Part shown: piece by piece, positions 13,628-26,940 of the stretch
Layout of the letters: the number at the start of each line of letters is the position of its first letter
How positions within the stretch are numbered: the first letter of the stretch is position 1
Source of the DNA: Vicugna vicugna
Taxonomy: Eukaryota
Reading direction: 5' to 3'
Assembly (NCBI GenBank): GCA_013265495.1
Contig: MU058463.1
Coordinates: 3,267,037-3,331,036 of the forward strand
Length of the DNA stretch: 64,000 nt
Notes under the pieces: model-generated
Told to the model about the DNA's origin: nothing
The model's input: only the letters and a program-made list of their open reading frames with translations
Databases searched by the model: none
Made by a program: the position numbers and the translations under genes

Positions 13628-13799
13628 NNNNNNNNNNNNNNNNNNNNNNNNNNNNNNNNNNNNNNNNNNNNNNNNNNNNNNNNNNNNNNNNNNNNNNNNN
13701 NNNNNNNNNNNNNNNNNNNNNNNNNNNNNNNNNNNNNNNNNNNNNNNNNNNNNNNNNNNNNNNNNNNNNNNNNNNNNNNNNNNNNNNNNNNNNNNNNNN
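13628..13799. other. Assembly gap (172 N)
   Basis: Run of N. Confidence 1.
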
Positions 13800-14409
13800 C
13801 TTCAGATCTTGATTCATATTGTCTCCACACAGTTTTGTTTTGATTTGCTCTGATGGTCGTACTGACATGACTCTGTATTCTATTAGTTGTCATGATTATT
13901 CTTTCATTAACATGTATATGGCTATTGAATGTGGCAGGATTTCACAGAAGACAAACACAATATTATGGAACAAAATGGTAACCATCATTCTGAAAGGCTG
14001 GGCATGTTTTTAAACTTTCTAAAGGCTTTAAAACAAGCATCATTATCAGTTCAGTTATGGGAATGTGGTCTTTATGAAGCAGCTATGTTGAATAATATAT
14101 TCGAGGATTTTTAAGTTTGAAGCTGAAGCAATTTCACAGTAAATGTGGACTGTTTCTTAAAACTTTTTGTCTCAGCAGAATAGACAACAATTCTGTTGTT
14201 CCATTTTGCATAAATAAATCAAGTAGAAGCAATATTTGAGAGGTATTTGGCCAATAAAGATAATTTTGGAAATTTTAAGTCAGGTTATTATAGAATGTGA
14301 CCCACATTTCAGTCACTTCACAGCTACCTCTTCTAAGCAGAGTTGTACAAATGCACGTTTAAAGCCGTGTGCTGATCATCATGCACTGATGATAACTAAG
14401 ATGTCCCAG

Positions 14410-14530
14410 TATACAACAGTTTACACAACTCTTCCCATTATTTTAATCTTAAAACAATCATTTCAATTAAAAATTATCATTCCCACCTTATAGATGTAGG
14501 AACTGAGGTTCACGCTGAGGGGTTACATTG
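14410..14530 (-). mobile_element. MIR SINE fragment
   Basis: attatcattcccaccttatagatgtaggaactgaggttca. Confidence 0.7.
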
Positions 14531-14574
14531 CTCATGCTGAGTTGCCCCAGTACATTAAGACAAAAGTCTTAAAC

Positions 14575-14780
14575 AGTCTAGTTAAAAACAGTAGCCTTGG
14601 AATCAGAAAATCAGCTTTGTTGCCTATTAATTGAGAAGTCTTGGTGAATTCACTTAAAATCTCTGATTGCCATATTTTTCATCTCTAAAGTGAGGGTCCC
14701 GCCACGTAGCATTGTGATTGTGCTAAATGAGCTGTGTGAGTGAGAGTACCTGGTACATTGTGTACACTCTCAATAAACAC
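14575..14780 (+). mobile_element. MIR SINE, near full length
   Basis: tagttaaaaacagtagccttggaatcag ... ttttcatctctaaagtgag ... cctggtacattgtgtacactctcaataaacac. Confidence 0.75.
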
Positions 14781-14939
14781 TCTGCTTCTCCATGTGTGAT
14801 GCCTTGTTGCCTTCCTTGTTTGTTTAACCCACTACCAAACAGACCTAGACTCTTGGGTCATGTTTCTGGCAACGTTCAAGGCTGATTCTATGCTGGTCTC
14901 TGTCTCCTTTATTCCTAATAGTGGATTTTCATGTCTACA

Positions 14940-15700
14940 CCCGTGGAGATCAGTGAGAATGGTACATTTGGCCACCTGCACTTGGGTAACCATAACCTCA
15001 AGATTCCTCATAGTGAATTCATCACCTCTTTACCCTATTAGTTGTTATTTAGATTTCCCCTTCTCAGGACAGCCCTGTAATCCAGTGTTCTTGTTCCTAG
15101 TGTGAAGTCATTTTATCACCATTGTCTCAGTGTTTGAGACTCAGAGCTTTCATGCTATTTTCAACTCTGCTCCCTACTTCATTCCCTGAATCCAGTTAGG
15201 TGCAAAGTCTCATCCTGACAATTTTAGCTTTCAATTGCCTCTCACTTCCTTCTCTTTCCTTGCATTTCTAATTCCCTAACTCTAGTGCAGCCCCTTTGGC
15301 TACACAGCTAGACTGTTGCAAAACCTTTCAATTTGTTATCTCGCCTCTAATTAATCTCCATATCAACCTTATCGTGATTATTTCTAAATTAACCTTCCAA
15401 AATAATACTTTACTCATGTCATCCTGTTCAAAACCTGTCTCTTCCCAATGCTTTCAAGACCAAGTCTAAACTCCCTGGCACAGCACTAAAGATCTGCCCT
15501 CACCATTGTAATTTTGTTTCCCCACGTGCCCGCATAAAATAGGTCTACTGCTATTCCCAAGGCGCATCTGGCCGTCGTGTGACTCTGGAGTTTTATTCTC
15601 ACCATAGTGTCCACTTGGAATTACTTTGATTCTTCTTCCAGACTTTCTAAAACCAACCTCTTTCCACAACTATGATGACATCTTAGCAAAATAATAACTG
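14940..15700 (+). mobile_element. L2 LINE fragment
   Basis: Pyrimidine-rich L2 motifs such as gactgttgcaaaacctttc, tgttcaaaacctgtctcttcccaatgc and aagtctaaactccctggcacagc. Confidence 0.75.
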
Positions 15701-18084
15701 ATAGAGTGTTTTTCACTTGGCCCTATTTTATTCATTTTTCCTCCCTTTCTACTACTTCCTTCTCTCCACAACTCTATACTAAAAAATTTAAGGACTCTGA
15801 GTTTCACTCCTTTCAAACCCCCAAACTTCACAGCGCACAGAGTGTGCACCACCAATGCATGCTAATGAAATTCTGAAAAACCATGCATGTCGCTAAACAA
15901 ATACAGAACAGATGCTTAATATGTATTTTTCACTTAATTTAAAATTAGCCATAACTCCTTTATGAAGGGCCAAAAAACAGAGCAGGTTTTATTTTTATAA
16001 TGGAAATCTCAATTATAAGACGGAGTAATCAGCATCAGGATCTGCTACCAGTCTGTTCATTTACACCCGACATTGGCCCAACACGGAGCACTCTCTGTTT
16101 GAAACATGATGTGATAGATGATTCAACTACAGTGCAGGTATTCACAAGCAAAAGAGAATAGTCAGCATAATTATCTAGTCAATTTGAGAAAAGACTCATA
16201 ATTTTGTGTCCCTTAGCTCTCGTCTCCATCTTGAGGCAATAAAAGAACCCTTGTTAATTGTGACCAAAGTGGTGGATAACACCAGAGAAGACCTATCAGG
16301 TGCATCCCAGGACTTTCATCTGCAGTGACTTGCTCCTTCCGGGTCACTACCAAATCACACCCTTGGCAAGAATATTTCCAACAGCTCTATCAAGATAATT
16401 TTTTAAACGATTTTTTAAAGCCCACCTGTTAGAAAGTTTTTTGACAAATTGCTAAGGCTGTGCTCTTGGTCTGAATGTGCCATTTCCTTCACATCTCTCA
16501 AGTGAGAAACCACCAGAGATCTCACCGGTGGTTTCGCGTTCATCTGTGCTCACGAGAGGCTTCAGTGGTTCATTAACATAGGCTGATTCCCACTCCTGCT
16601 GCCTTTGATTCTTGTTTTAATATAAGCTTTCTATCTCTGTGACTGTCACGGGCATAACACCAGCACAGACACGGCAGCTCAGAAACCAGAAAGTTATTTG
16701 TCAATCACATAGAGGCGGTCTCATTAGTCATACTGAAAGAATAAATTAATAATGGTAATAATAAGGGTAACCTTTTCATATCACCCAAGTGACTTCTGGG
16801 GGTATTGTTTCTAAGTGGCTGTCAGTATATAAAGACATCTCCTGTTACACATGGAATTAAAAGGGATTTTGTCCTGACATCCCTTTTAGAAATGTACACT
16901 GATTCTGTATTATTCTTCGCCATTCTGTATTTTTTTCTGCCAGCTAACAATTGTTCTGCATGACCAACAGAGAATTGTAGCATCTTTGGTTGTGTCGATA
17001 CTGAATGACTCATGATGCTGGAAAAGTAGCAAGTAGACAAAATAAGGCAACTGAAGTTGGGGATATGTGGATTTTACATATCAGAATCTCTTGATGGTGA
17101 GGAGACCTCTTTGGTATTTTTCCCAAAGAAGCAGTGGTTCACTCATTGGATAAACTGAGCATTAATGAAAAGGAACAGGGTCAAAGGATGCTTTAAAAAT
17201 CCATTTGTCTCTCCTCGATGACAAAACACTGCCTGGAGATTTTTTTTTTCCAACAGAAGGGATGAAAAGATCTCTTTTTAAGTAGCTCAGTGAGGTAGGC
17301 GAGCAGAGAAGTTAAGAATGAGTTTAAGACACTAATATAACCTGAGATGTCCCAGGTCTAAATCTGATCAAGCCAAGTTACCATTTGACCCCAAATCCCT
17401 GAGATTTGCATTAAATATCTGGACATCTACCAAAGTTAATGTCTAAGTTTTGAGAAATTGATCGTCTTAAGGAACGTGTGTTAACATGACAGAAGACTAG
17501 ATGGAGTATTGACAGGAAAACTCATGCTATCTGTGCAACTTTTCTCTCAATCTAAAATGATTCCCAAATTAAAAGGTAACACAAAGAGAGATAGGAGAGA
17601 GAGCAAGAATGATAAATCCCAATCCCTCTCCTGCTGTTGCATTGTTATTACAGGAGAAATAAAATCTAAAACAAGATTATCACTCACTAACATATCCCAT
17701 CGACATACACAGACATTATAATCCCAACAATTTCCATAATTGCAAAAGTAAAGGCAACTGACTGTTATTAGGCTGGGTTCACGCAACCTCTCATGTCCAA
17801 GTTTCCTTTTCCTCCTTCAGCTTTGTATATACATGCCCTTCCCCATTTGTCCAGAAAATGTATGCTCAATGTTCTAGATCCCAATTCATTAAAATAATTG
17901 AGAGCCCACTGCGTATAATAGCCATTACTCAGAACATGCATAAGGTTCGGTGACTAATTACAAATAAGGGAAAATATAGAATTGACCCTAGTACACAACC
18001 ATTAAATAGAGGTGTTATGTTCATCGTGTTCAAATTCAACTAAGGAAGGAGTAAAACTTACATGTTGCTGAAGGAAATCCCTTT

Positions 18085-18245
18085 TATATGATCTCTCCCA
18101 GTTTCTTAACTGCTCTATGCTTCAGTTCCTTCACCCAAAAATTGGAGCTGGCAATAACTTCAGGGTTCTAGGTTTGCCAAAAAGATTAAATGAGGTCATG
18201 TCAGCCCAGTTATATTAATAGTAAGCATTCAGTAACATTTTATTA
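18085..18245 (+). mobile_element. MIR SINE fragment
   Basis: ttcttaactgctctatgcttcagttccttcacccaaaattgg ... aagattaaatgagg ... tagtaagcattcagtaac. Confidence 0.7.
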
Positions 18246-19046
18246 GTTTCTTTGTCATTTGGAATCCCAGTGCTGTAACATAAAAGCTATTGGTAAAAGC
18301 AAGGAGCAACAGATAGGAGATGGTCTAAACTTCAGATCCTAAAGTACTCTGTGTGCCTTCTGAGCAGCATAAAACTGCTGTTAAATAGAATTGGCTACAT
18401 GTAACAAGCCAGCATAAGTGGGTAGATGTGAGATGAGCCCAAATTAGAGCTGAGCAAAATTAGCGTGCATTTCGAGTGCTGAGTTCTTACATATTTTTTC
18501 ATAATGTTTGTTTCAGTCTTGAGGTACTCTGCAAAGCTAGTGGATGCGGACAACACAGCAAATAACGTGCCAGTGTAAACCCAGCTGACAGCTGCATAGA
18601 TCATCTGTCCCATTTCCGCTGCTTAGGTTGGGACAATTTAAAACAGGATTTAGAGTTCGTAGACAACCTATTCTCTCAAAATAAGAGATGTTGCCAGTAT
18701 CTTTCTTGGGAAGTTAAACAACAGGTGTTTGGCTTCTTGGATCCGTAGGTGTGCTGGGTCTTGGGTGCCTCTTCTTCCCAAATTAGAGCTTCAGGGGCCT
18801 CTCTTAACCTCCAGTGACAGCATCACAGTGTTTAACACCACTAACTGGCACACACGATGATGTCCCGCCCTAAAGGGCCACTTTCTTTCTGGAATGCAAA
18901 TGCTCTTCGGCCAAGATAAGCTTAGTCCCCTATGGGTGGGTTTGAAGCCTTATTGGGAAAGGTAGAGGCACCCGCTCTTCAAACATTCTCTTCCCATCTT
19001 GTTTTTGTTCCGAGTCACAGCCTTAACACACCATCTGCTTGATCAA

Positions 19047-19065
19047 TTCTGCCATCTAGTGGGCA
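19047..19065 (-). promoter_or_regulatory. CTCF-binding motif (strong match)
   Basis: Minus strand TGCCCACTAGATGGCAGAA fits the CTCF core CCACYAGRKGGCR; lies in CpG-enriched non-repeat DNA. Confidence 0.7.
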
Positions 19066-20099
19066 CTTCCCATCCCACCACTTTTCTGCGTGGGCTTTCC
19101 CCGTCTGATACACCTGAGGGGCAGGTAGGTGTCCGTGCCAGCTGGTAGCGGGTGGGGACATGGGGGAGGGAAACAGTAACCCTCCCACAAGAAAATAATC
19201 ATTGGATTAAAAAAGGGAGAGGTTCCTGGGGCCTTACCTCCAGAAAGCCAAGCAGGTAGGAGTCACGCTGTGCGGTGTGGCTTCAGATCAGCCGACTGCA
19301 GCAGGCACAGAGACCACCTGTTAAGAGAAAATCCCAAAATCTTCAAAGGCCTTCCAATGCCAAAAACCTGAGATGAAAATCCTCCTGGGTTTCAGCCGTC
19401 TTTGAAGCAAGCCCCTAGTCAGCCCTGCCTGCTCCTTCCGCTGAGAGTTGAGTGTGCCCCCTCTTTGGGCTCCACGCTGATTTTTTTTTTTTCCTGAAGA
19501 AAAAGAAAGGTTATTTGTACTTCTACAGACATACAGGGAAGATGTATGATTACCTCTAACTCAACACCCTTTGCTCCCTAATGTAGTTTACCTACCCTGT
19601 GTTGGAAAACTCTGATATTAGTGAATTGTCATGTATTTTAATCATCAAATTAAGACAATGTACTAATAAAAATACCACCTCATAATTGAGACTGCAATAT
19701 CATTTATATTGCCATTCAAAAACAGGTATGGAAATCTTTGGGATTTAATACTGAGTTGGGAAAATAATTATTTCAGTGGTTACTGAAGTATTTCCAGAAC
19801 ACTGATTTGAAAAAGCAAGCAATGGAAGGCTTATTCAAGAATAAAAATTAAATTTCACTACAAACCAAAATATCAGGATAGCTCACAGAATTTCAAATAA
19901 ACACAGAATTCAACAGGAAATTTTTACATTATGTCATCACCGGTCCTAAAACAACTTAAAAAATTTCCCCAAGGATCAGCATGGTGAAGGCTGCAAAATA
20001 AAAAAAAAAAAAATCCACAATATTTTTCTTGTCATAAAATAAATACCAGTTACTGATGGGACATTTTATACAGTACAAATCAGAAAATAACGATAAAAA

Positions 20100-20825
20100 T
20101 AATAATGTAGAAAATAATCATTTGTTTCCCCACTCTCCTGTTCTAAATAACCTTTTGATGGTTTTTAATTGAGGTGCTTCTTGTTTTGTGCTTCTGCTGA
20201 CTTTCACTTATTGATATCATTTCCTTACAGTTTATAATTTTATTATGAGTTCATCTTTAGTTGGTATTTTATCATTACTATTTGTGTGTGTGTGTGTGTG
20301 TGTGTGTAGTTTATTTGTTCTTCCTAGGGAGGTCTCATACACTCTGCATTATGGAAGAGTCCCTGTGTTTGCTTTCACAGGATGCCCCAGAGATTTTGTC
20401 AGTCTAGGACTAGATATTGCACTAATTTCTCAGCTTGGGAATCGTACACAACATGGCTGTATACATTTGGATTCTATACTTAAAGTTCTTATTTCTCATG
20501 GGAGATATATTTCATTCATCCATTTTAAGAAAGTGGGGGTCCTTCCCGGCTCCTGGCTTTATCTTCTGTGCTTCTATATTTGATTCCATGGATCTATATT
20601 TGATCGTCAGTATCCCAAGGACCAGAGCCTTAATTCACATGCTTATAACTTGCCTATGGTTACTTTCCTTAACTCTGCACTAGGCGTTTTTTTGTCTTTC
20701 TTTCTAACTCATTTTGTACTTTTGCTAAAGCAATACTGTTATATTTTACATAGCCTTTCATGAGTTTTAGTTGAGAGGAAGTGGTTCATATTAGGTCAGT
20801 CTACCATTTTGCTGGAACTCAATTC
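20100..20825 (-). mobile_element. Ancient L1/HAL1-like element with retained 5' end
   Basis: Antisense T-rich L1-like sequence; 20797-20818 reads ttccagcaaaatggtagactg on the minus strand, like the L1M 5' start motif ttccggcaagatggcggac. Confidence 0.55.
20283..20307 (+). repeat. (TG)12 microsatellite
   Basis: Perfect TG run. Confidence 0.97.
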
Positions 20826-21189
20826 TTTCCCTGTTTGTATGTTACCTCATATAGTTGAAATGGCACCCTTTGTCCTTACACCAAATTACTCCTTAAATTA
20901 GAAGAAAAATAGTCATGTCATTCAACCCCTTCCAAGCTTCCAGGGTCAGAATCTAAGTCCTGCTCCATCTGTCCATCTACTTAGACGTATCCAGCGCTGC
21001 CATCTGTTTCTAACGTGTTTTATATTATGGTGTTGTGACCACTGCTTTTTGACATTTATTAAGAACCACTAGAGTGTAAAAGCACCAAAATGTATAAATA
21101 ACAGACTTAATATCCTTATAAAAAGCAAGTCAGTCACCACACAATTATAGGGAATTACATTAAAATCTATGCACTCAATATTTCATAGC

Positions 21190-21330
21190 TGGAAACTACC
21201 TTAAAAACCATCTCATTGTAACCAAGTTTTTATAAATGAGAAAAGCAAGGCCCTGAAGGTTCAAGAACAATTTCCTAAGGTCTCTGTGATACCTCTACCG
21301 AAACAGCACTAAGGCACTAAGTCTACTGTT
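21190..21330 (-). mobile_element. MIR/MIR3 fragment
   Basis: ttttataaatgagaaaagcaaggccctgaagg. Confidence 0.5.
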
Positions 21331-23839
21331 CAGAATCAACCTGACATTCTCATGTTAAAATAAGTACCTCTTTGATTAAACTGACTCATCTCTTCAGTAA
21401 ACGTATTAATAAATCTTCGTGCAATTATCTGGGGATGTGGACAATGGTCTATGCGATGCATAACATTTCTGTTTCAGTTTTCTAAACTTTTTAGAGCTCA
21501 CTCATGTTGCACTTGGCTCAAACAATTTCATCATTTTCTTTTTAAAATTTCAACATAATTAATGGAAACATGACAAAACGCCAACTAACAGCCTTTATAA
21601 ATGAATACAAGTCATTTTGCACGTACATTTGTAAATGTTATATCAACATTTTATGATATTATTAAAACCCCTGATTATATAAAATCACATAAATTTTTCT
21701 TCTCTCATTTTACTCTTAGTTTTACTTTTGTGTAATCTGTGTTTCTTTTTATCTTTTGTTTGTTCTGGTGTGTATTTTATGGGAACATAGAATCCTATAA
21801 AGACGGCATGATAAGATCAGGACACGGCTAAAGCGGTTACTTTCACAGCCATTGCCTGCTCCTGGACCTCAGTCAGAAAGTTTTCTGTTCACCAGGATTT
21901 CAGGATAATATTTTATCTTTTCCCCAAGTGACTCGACTCTTTTTTTTTTTTTCTGAGAGCCTGGAGATAATTTGTTTAAAACTTTTCATGGCCAATGTTT
22001 TCTCTAAGACAGAAGTAATAACTCTATACACAACTTCCCTAAGATGTCAGTTATACCAATATAAAATTAGCAACGAGGTTTAAGTAGATTGATTCTTAAT
22101 TCTGAGTATCTGAAAAGAATACATAAACAGTGATTTTCCCAAGGGCCAGCGCTAGTGCTGGGCTAGAACGGCAATCTAAAATTCATTTGGTATTTAGATG
22201 AGGGCAGATATTAGTTTCTCCCCCAAACATATAACCCCCTGGCAGGCATTTTGAATTTACTCACTCATTCAAGAGATGGTATTTAGGATGTGATTTTGTT
22301 TGCTTTTTTTTTTTTTTTCAAAAACTGGCACAAAGATTAGGTAACTAATATGTGAAAAGGCACATTGATAATTGAAATGCTACAGGAGGCCTGGCTCTCC
22401 AAGGTTTGGTTTTAGAAAGTAGTGCATGCCAGATGTTTCAGAGAAAAGCATAAAATCTACATTATGTGCCTAATTGTACTGTATTGCATCACAGAGACGG
22501 GGATTTTTTTTTTTTTCCCTGACCACAGCTGGTGATAGCAATATGCCCTGGAGCATGAAAGAACCAGGCACCCTGAATACAGGGCTGCTCCTCACTGTGC
22601 TTCTTCTGGAAGGGTGGGGGGAAATTTTTAGCTTCAAAAGGCTCTATCTACACAAATGATAGCACTCTCAGTTTAACAATATCTGTGGCCGCGGGTTACA
22701 TACCAACCAGATTAGCCACTATGGTGAGGAATGAACTGGGGAAGGAAGCACCTGGCAGGAAAGCAGACACTCTTGCAGATCTGGGGACTGGACAAACCAT
22801 GTTTATTAAGGGGTACCTCTGGGGCTCCAAAAAGTCTCTGGTATTCATGAGTATCTTGCCTTGTTAAAACATGTCACAAGATTGAGCTGGTCCCCATAGG
22901 CTACTCTTCTCTCATTATGTCAGGAGCTGGCCATACGAAGGAGGGAGGAGAGGAGGGGAAAGTGTTAACATGGAGTAGTTGTGCCTTTCAAACTGACACT
23001 CACCGTTGCCCTAGTAAAACCAGAGTAGAGCCTTCAAGCCTTGCTCCCTGATACATTCTTATTCTAGAAAGAGAGCATTTCCATGTCAGCAAAGAATACT
23101 ATCTAGACATGGTGACTATTGCATCTTATACAAAATAATTTGGGGATGTCCAAATGTCTGGGGTTAATTTCTTCATTTTTTCCTTCCTGTTAAAAACATA
23201 ATGCAAGCTATCTACAAGAGATATCCAAGTGTTCGAGTGAATTGCATTCCATACGCCGTGTTCAAATTTTGTACAGGATAACACCTGTCTCCAAAAAGGA
23301 AGTGGATTATTTTTAAAACACTTATTAAACTTAAATTTTTTCTTTAAAAAATTAGTCTTTATACGCTAAATTATTATTACACAAAATTGTACATAGCTAA
23401 ATACCCAGCTCTTAAGGTACTCAAAAATTTTGATCTCTACACATTTGATGATAGATGGAATATAAGTTGCTTTTTATTTTGAAGTTAGCGAGAATGTCCT
23501 AGAGGAGTTAAATAACTTTCCTTTTCTTTATGTTTCAATATAATAACTTTGCCCCTCAAATTTACCATATTCTGCAATATTTGCATTACGTAGTCATGGA
23601 ACCAGCATGGCGGGCAGAGGTCCTGTTTGCTGTCCCAGGATACATCATCAGCATTCATGTTCATACTGTTCTTCCTCAGTCTTTTCACTCTCTCTCCGAG
23701 TTCTGTCTCATTCTCCTAGTATCAGAATCTCCAATTTGCATTTCACTTTTTTAACTTTAAAAACTTTACTATCAATGCAATGTAAATGAGTGTGTAAACT
23801 GTACTGCCAACTTTTAATGGGAAGAATAGTTTTGTGTCA

Positions 23840-23858
23840 TACTGCCACCTAATGGTGT
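23840..23858 (-). promoter_or_regulatory. CTCF-like motif
   Basis: Minus strand ACACCATTAGGTGGCAGTA. Confidence 0.5.
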
Positions 23859-25400
23859 CCCAATGCTTGACCCCTTTCAAAATTAATTGCACATATTTAA
23901 CAGAAGAACCAGTTCTTAATTAAAATGCAATCCCCAGATTTGAAGGATTTTTAGGGAAAAAAAAGTCTTACATAATGCAAAGAATGAACATATTTAGAAA
24001 CAGTTTTCACGTTTTAAGCTGTTTGCATATTAAAGTAGTGTATTTTTTAGAGCTGATTTTAATATCAAACAGCGTAACCCAGGACATTTACTCCTGTGCT
24101 TGTACTCTGACAATTTCTCTCTGAGCTATAGCCAAAGACTTTCAACAATTATCAACCTGCCTATTACTTTGATAATTCACATTTGTGTACATTTCCTGAG
24201 GTTTGTCCACTGGGGCTGGCCAAGACCCGTGGGTATTTCCTCTTAAAGGACAAGCCTGTATTTCCTTCAGTGCTTCTATCATGCTCAGAGGAAACAGTCA
24301 TCTTTATGCAGGGAGACTGGAAAAACACTGACCAGCTCTCGGTCTAGTTTCTTCTAGGTCTGTAGCTGCTATGAGCACTCTGTAGTACCTTGGCTGAGGA
24401 ACTGACTTCCTGAACTTCTGTTATCTTACCTCATCTCTTGGTTGAAAGGGTAGAGTAGTTTATTTCTAAGTTGCCTCATAGCTTCAAAAATATGTCATGT
24501 TCATGTCATATCCATCTAGGATGCATTTAGGATCATAGTTTAATTCGATGTCATGGGCTCAAAGCCTTTAGAATTATAGCTCTGTTTCTGAAACCATTTG
24601 ATACAGCTAGAGGTAGAAAATAGTGACTATTTATCAGGTAAATAAATTCTGTTTAGCTGTTAAGAACACGCTTATCCCCACGTTGCTAATCTGGTCTATC
24701 AAATTATCTGAAAAATAAGCAATTGTAAGATGATTTTTTTAAGCGCAAAGTAAGAGAATGTACACAGAATAAAAATGAGTCTATTATGATTAAAATAATA
24801 TTCACGATAATATATTTTATATATGTGTGTATATGCTGTGTTTACATAATATGCACGGAGAAACAAGAAGCATGTTAATTATTCTGACATGGTGTATTTT
24901 AGGTCTAACAGAGCTTTACTGTAAGTCACTAGCAATGTAAAATATCAGGGAGAAGAAGAAAAGAGTATATAGTCAAAAACAAGAATACAATAATAACAAA
25001 GCAAAATCAGGATTACAGAAGCTCATTAAATCTGATGGAGACAGGTAGCTACCTAACACACAAAGAATAGCAGAGTGTGGCACAACACTGACAAAATGCT
25101 CTTCAATTTTATTCAAATTTATATTTAAGAGGCTTCCATTGAAAAAATGAGAACAATACTTCTGGGTCCACCTCACGAAGTTAGTGATTTCAGAAATTTT
25201 CAATGTGTAAAATTAACTCTTAAAGCAGTTTACATGTCTTCAATTAATCACTCTACTTACTAAGGAGACAAAAAGGAGCAAATGGAAATTTTTATGCAAG
25301 GAGAATTCAGGAGATTAGGTTTAAAAAAAAAAGACTAGTAAAGATAGTAGAAAACAGCTGGGGAAGTTTGAGTTTGATATTAGAAATAAACTCACACACT

Positions 25401-25515
25401 CTCATGCTTTTTCTCCCTTCCTTCTCTCCTTCATTCCTTCTCTCCTTCCTTCCTTCTCTCCTTCCTTCCTTCTCTCCTTCTTTCTCTTTTCTTTTTCTTT
25501 CTTTCTTTTTTTTTT
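25401..25515 (+). repeat. (CCTT/CTTT)n pyrimidine low-complexity tract
   Basis: tctccttccttccttc repeated with 16-nt period, then a CTTT/T run. Confidence 0.92.
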
Positions 25516-26735
25516 AACCTTTTGATAATTTTCAGTTACGTTAACACAGGTCTTAAGGAAAAGAGGAGAAAGAGGCCCATTCATTTGGTCTTATCTGCCA
25601 GGAGGTATCTAAGAACCAGTGGGGGTAAAAATAATCCATCATTCCACAGTCATGTATACACCATAAACTCTCAAGGATTTATAGTGAAATAAAAATGTTT
25701 ACTGCCTGCCTGGATGTGTTTCCCAGAAACAGAGGAACCAACATCTCTAGCCCAGAGTGCTAGGCATGTTATCTGATACTATAGACAAAAAAGGAATATA
25801 TTTCTCAAACACACAAATAATAAAACCCCTCAGTAAGTTCTGAAGGGAGGGAGACAAGCCAGAGGAAAGGGGCAGGGGCTACAAATCATTAAGAAGATTT
25901 AGGTTATAAGCCAGAGCCAGTGTACACACCCAAATTAAAAAAAGCGTCCCAGAATGGGAAGATGAAAGTATTTCAGAATTTGGCAGTCATTAGAAGCACG
26001 GGCTGGGCATTCATATGTCCTATTGTGCTTTTCTGACCTAGATTAGTCTAGTTACTTAGAACACAGCAGTATAGCTTTGCAGTAACGTTGCCCCATGGCT
26101 TAATTTCCCAATTAAACTTAAACAAATTTCTCAAACGCTCATAAAACCCTTGGTGGCAAGATCAGTGCACCTGAATATTTAATTATTTGAATGTCAGTCT
26201 GAGACATAGATAATTGGCAGCTAATAGAAAATGCCTAAGACCCGAAAACAAAAGATTCTCCTACGGCTGACCAGGGAAATAAGTGAATAAATTTACCAAA
26301 ATAGAGATACTTTTTTTGTTGTTGTTGGTACCTTTATCCTAAAGAAGTGGAAAGGTGCTAGAAAGTTGGAAAAATACAATAAATAATTAAGAGAGGAAAA
26401 AAGATCATTGAAATGTAATTTTATATTTAGGGGCTGAACTTTGGCTGCGGTTAAATGATAGAATTAATATTTAGAGATTTTATATATCTCTCCAGACTAA
26501 GTGATTGTCTATCAGAAAATACCAGGGTTAACCTGGATGAAAATACTTTTCCCTTCTTTGGCTATAATATTTCAGCATAAGTAAATATGAAGCTAAGCAA
26601 AATAAATAAATGCATCAGACAACATTTAACAAAATAAAATTAATCTAGTGACCCTCATAAATCAACTTAATTATATGCCTAGTGAAATGGCTTGAGACTT
26701 GGCTGGGAGATGATAAACCAGAGGTGGTGGAAAAA

Positions 26736-26931
26736 NNNNNNNNNNNNNNNNNNNNNNNNNNNNNNNNNNNNNNNNNNNNNNNNNNNNNNNNNNNNNNNNN
26801 NNNNNNNNNNNNNNNNNNNNNNNNNNNNNNNNNNNNNNNNNNNNNNNNNNNNNNNNNNNNNNNNNNNNNNNNNNNNNNNNNNNNNNNNNNNNNNNNNNNN
26901 NNNNNNNNNNNNNNNNNNNNNNNNNNNNNNN
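26736..26931. other. Assembly gap (196 N)
   Basis: Run of N. Confidence 1.
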
Positions 26932-26940
26932 GGAATCAGT

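Noticed and set aside
22528-22611. Plus-strand signal-peptide-like MPWSMKEPGTLNTGLLLTVLLLEG after a good acceptor
   Set aside because: No adequate donor in the right phase and no downstream matching exons.
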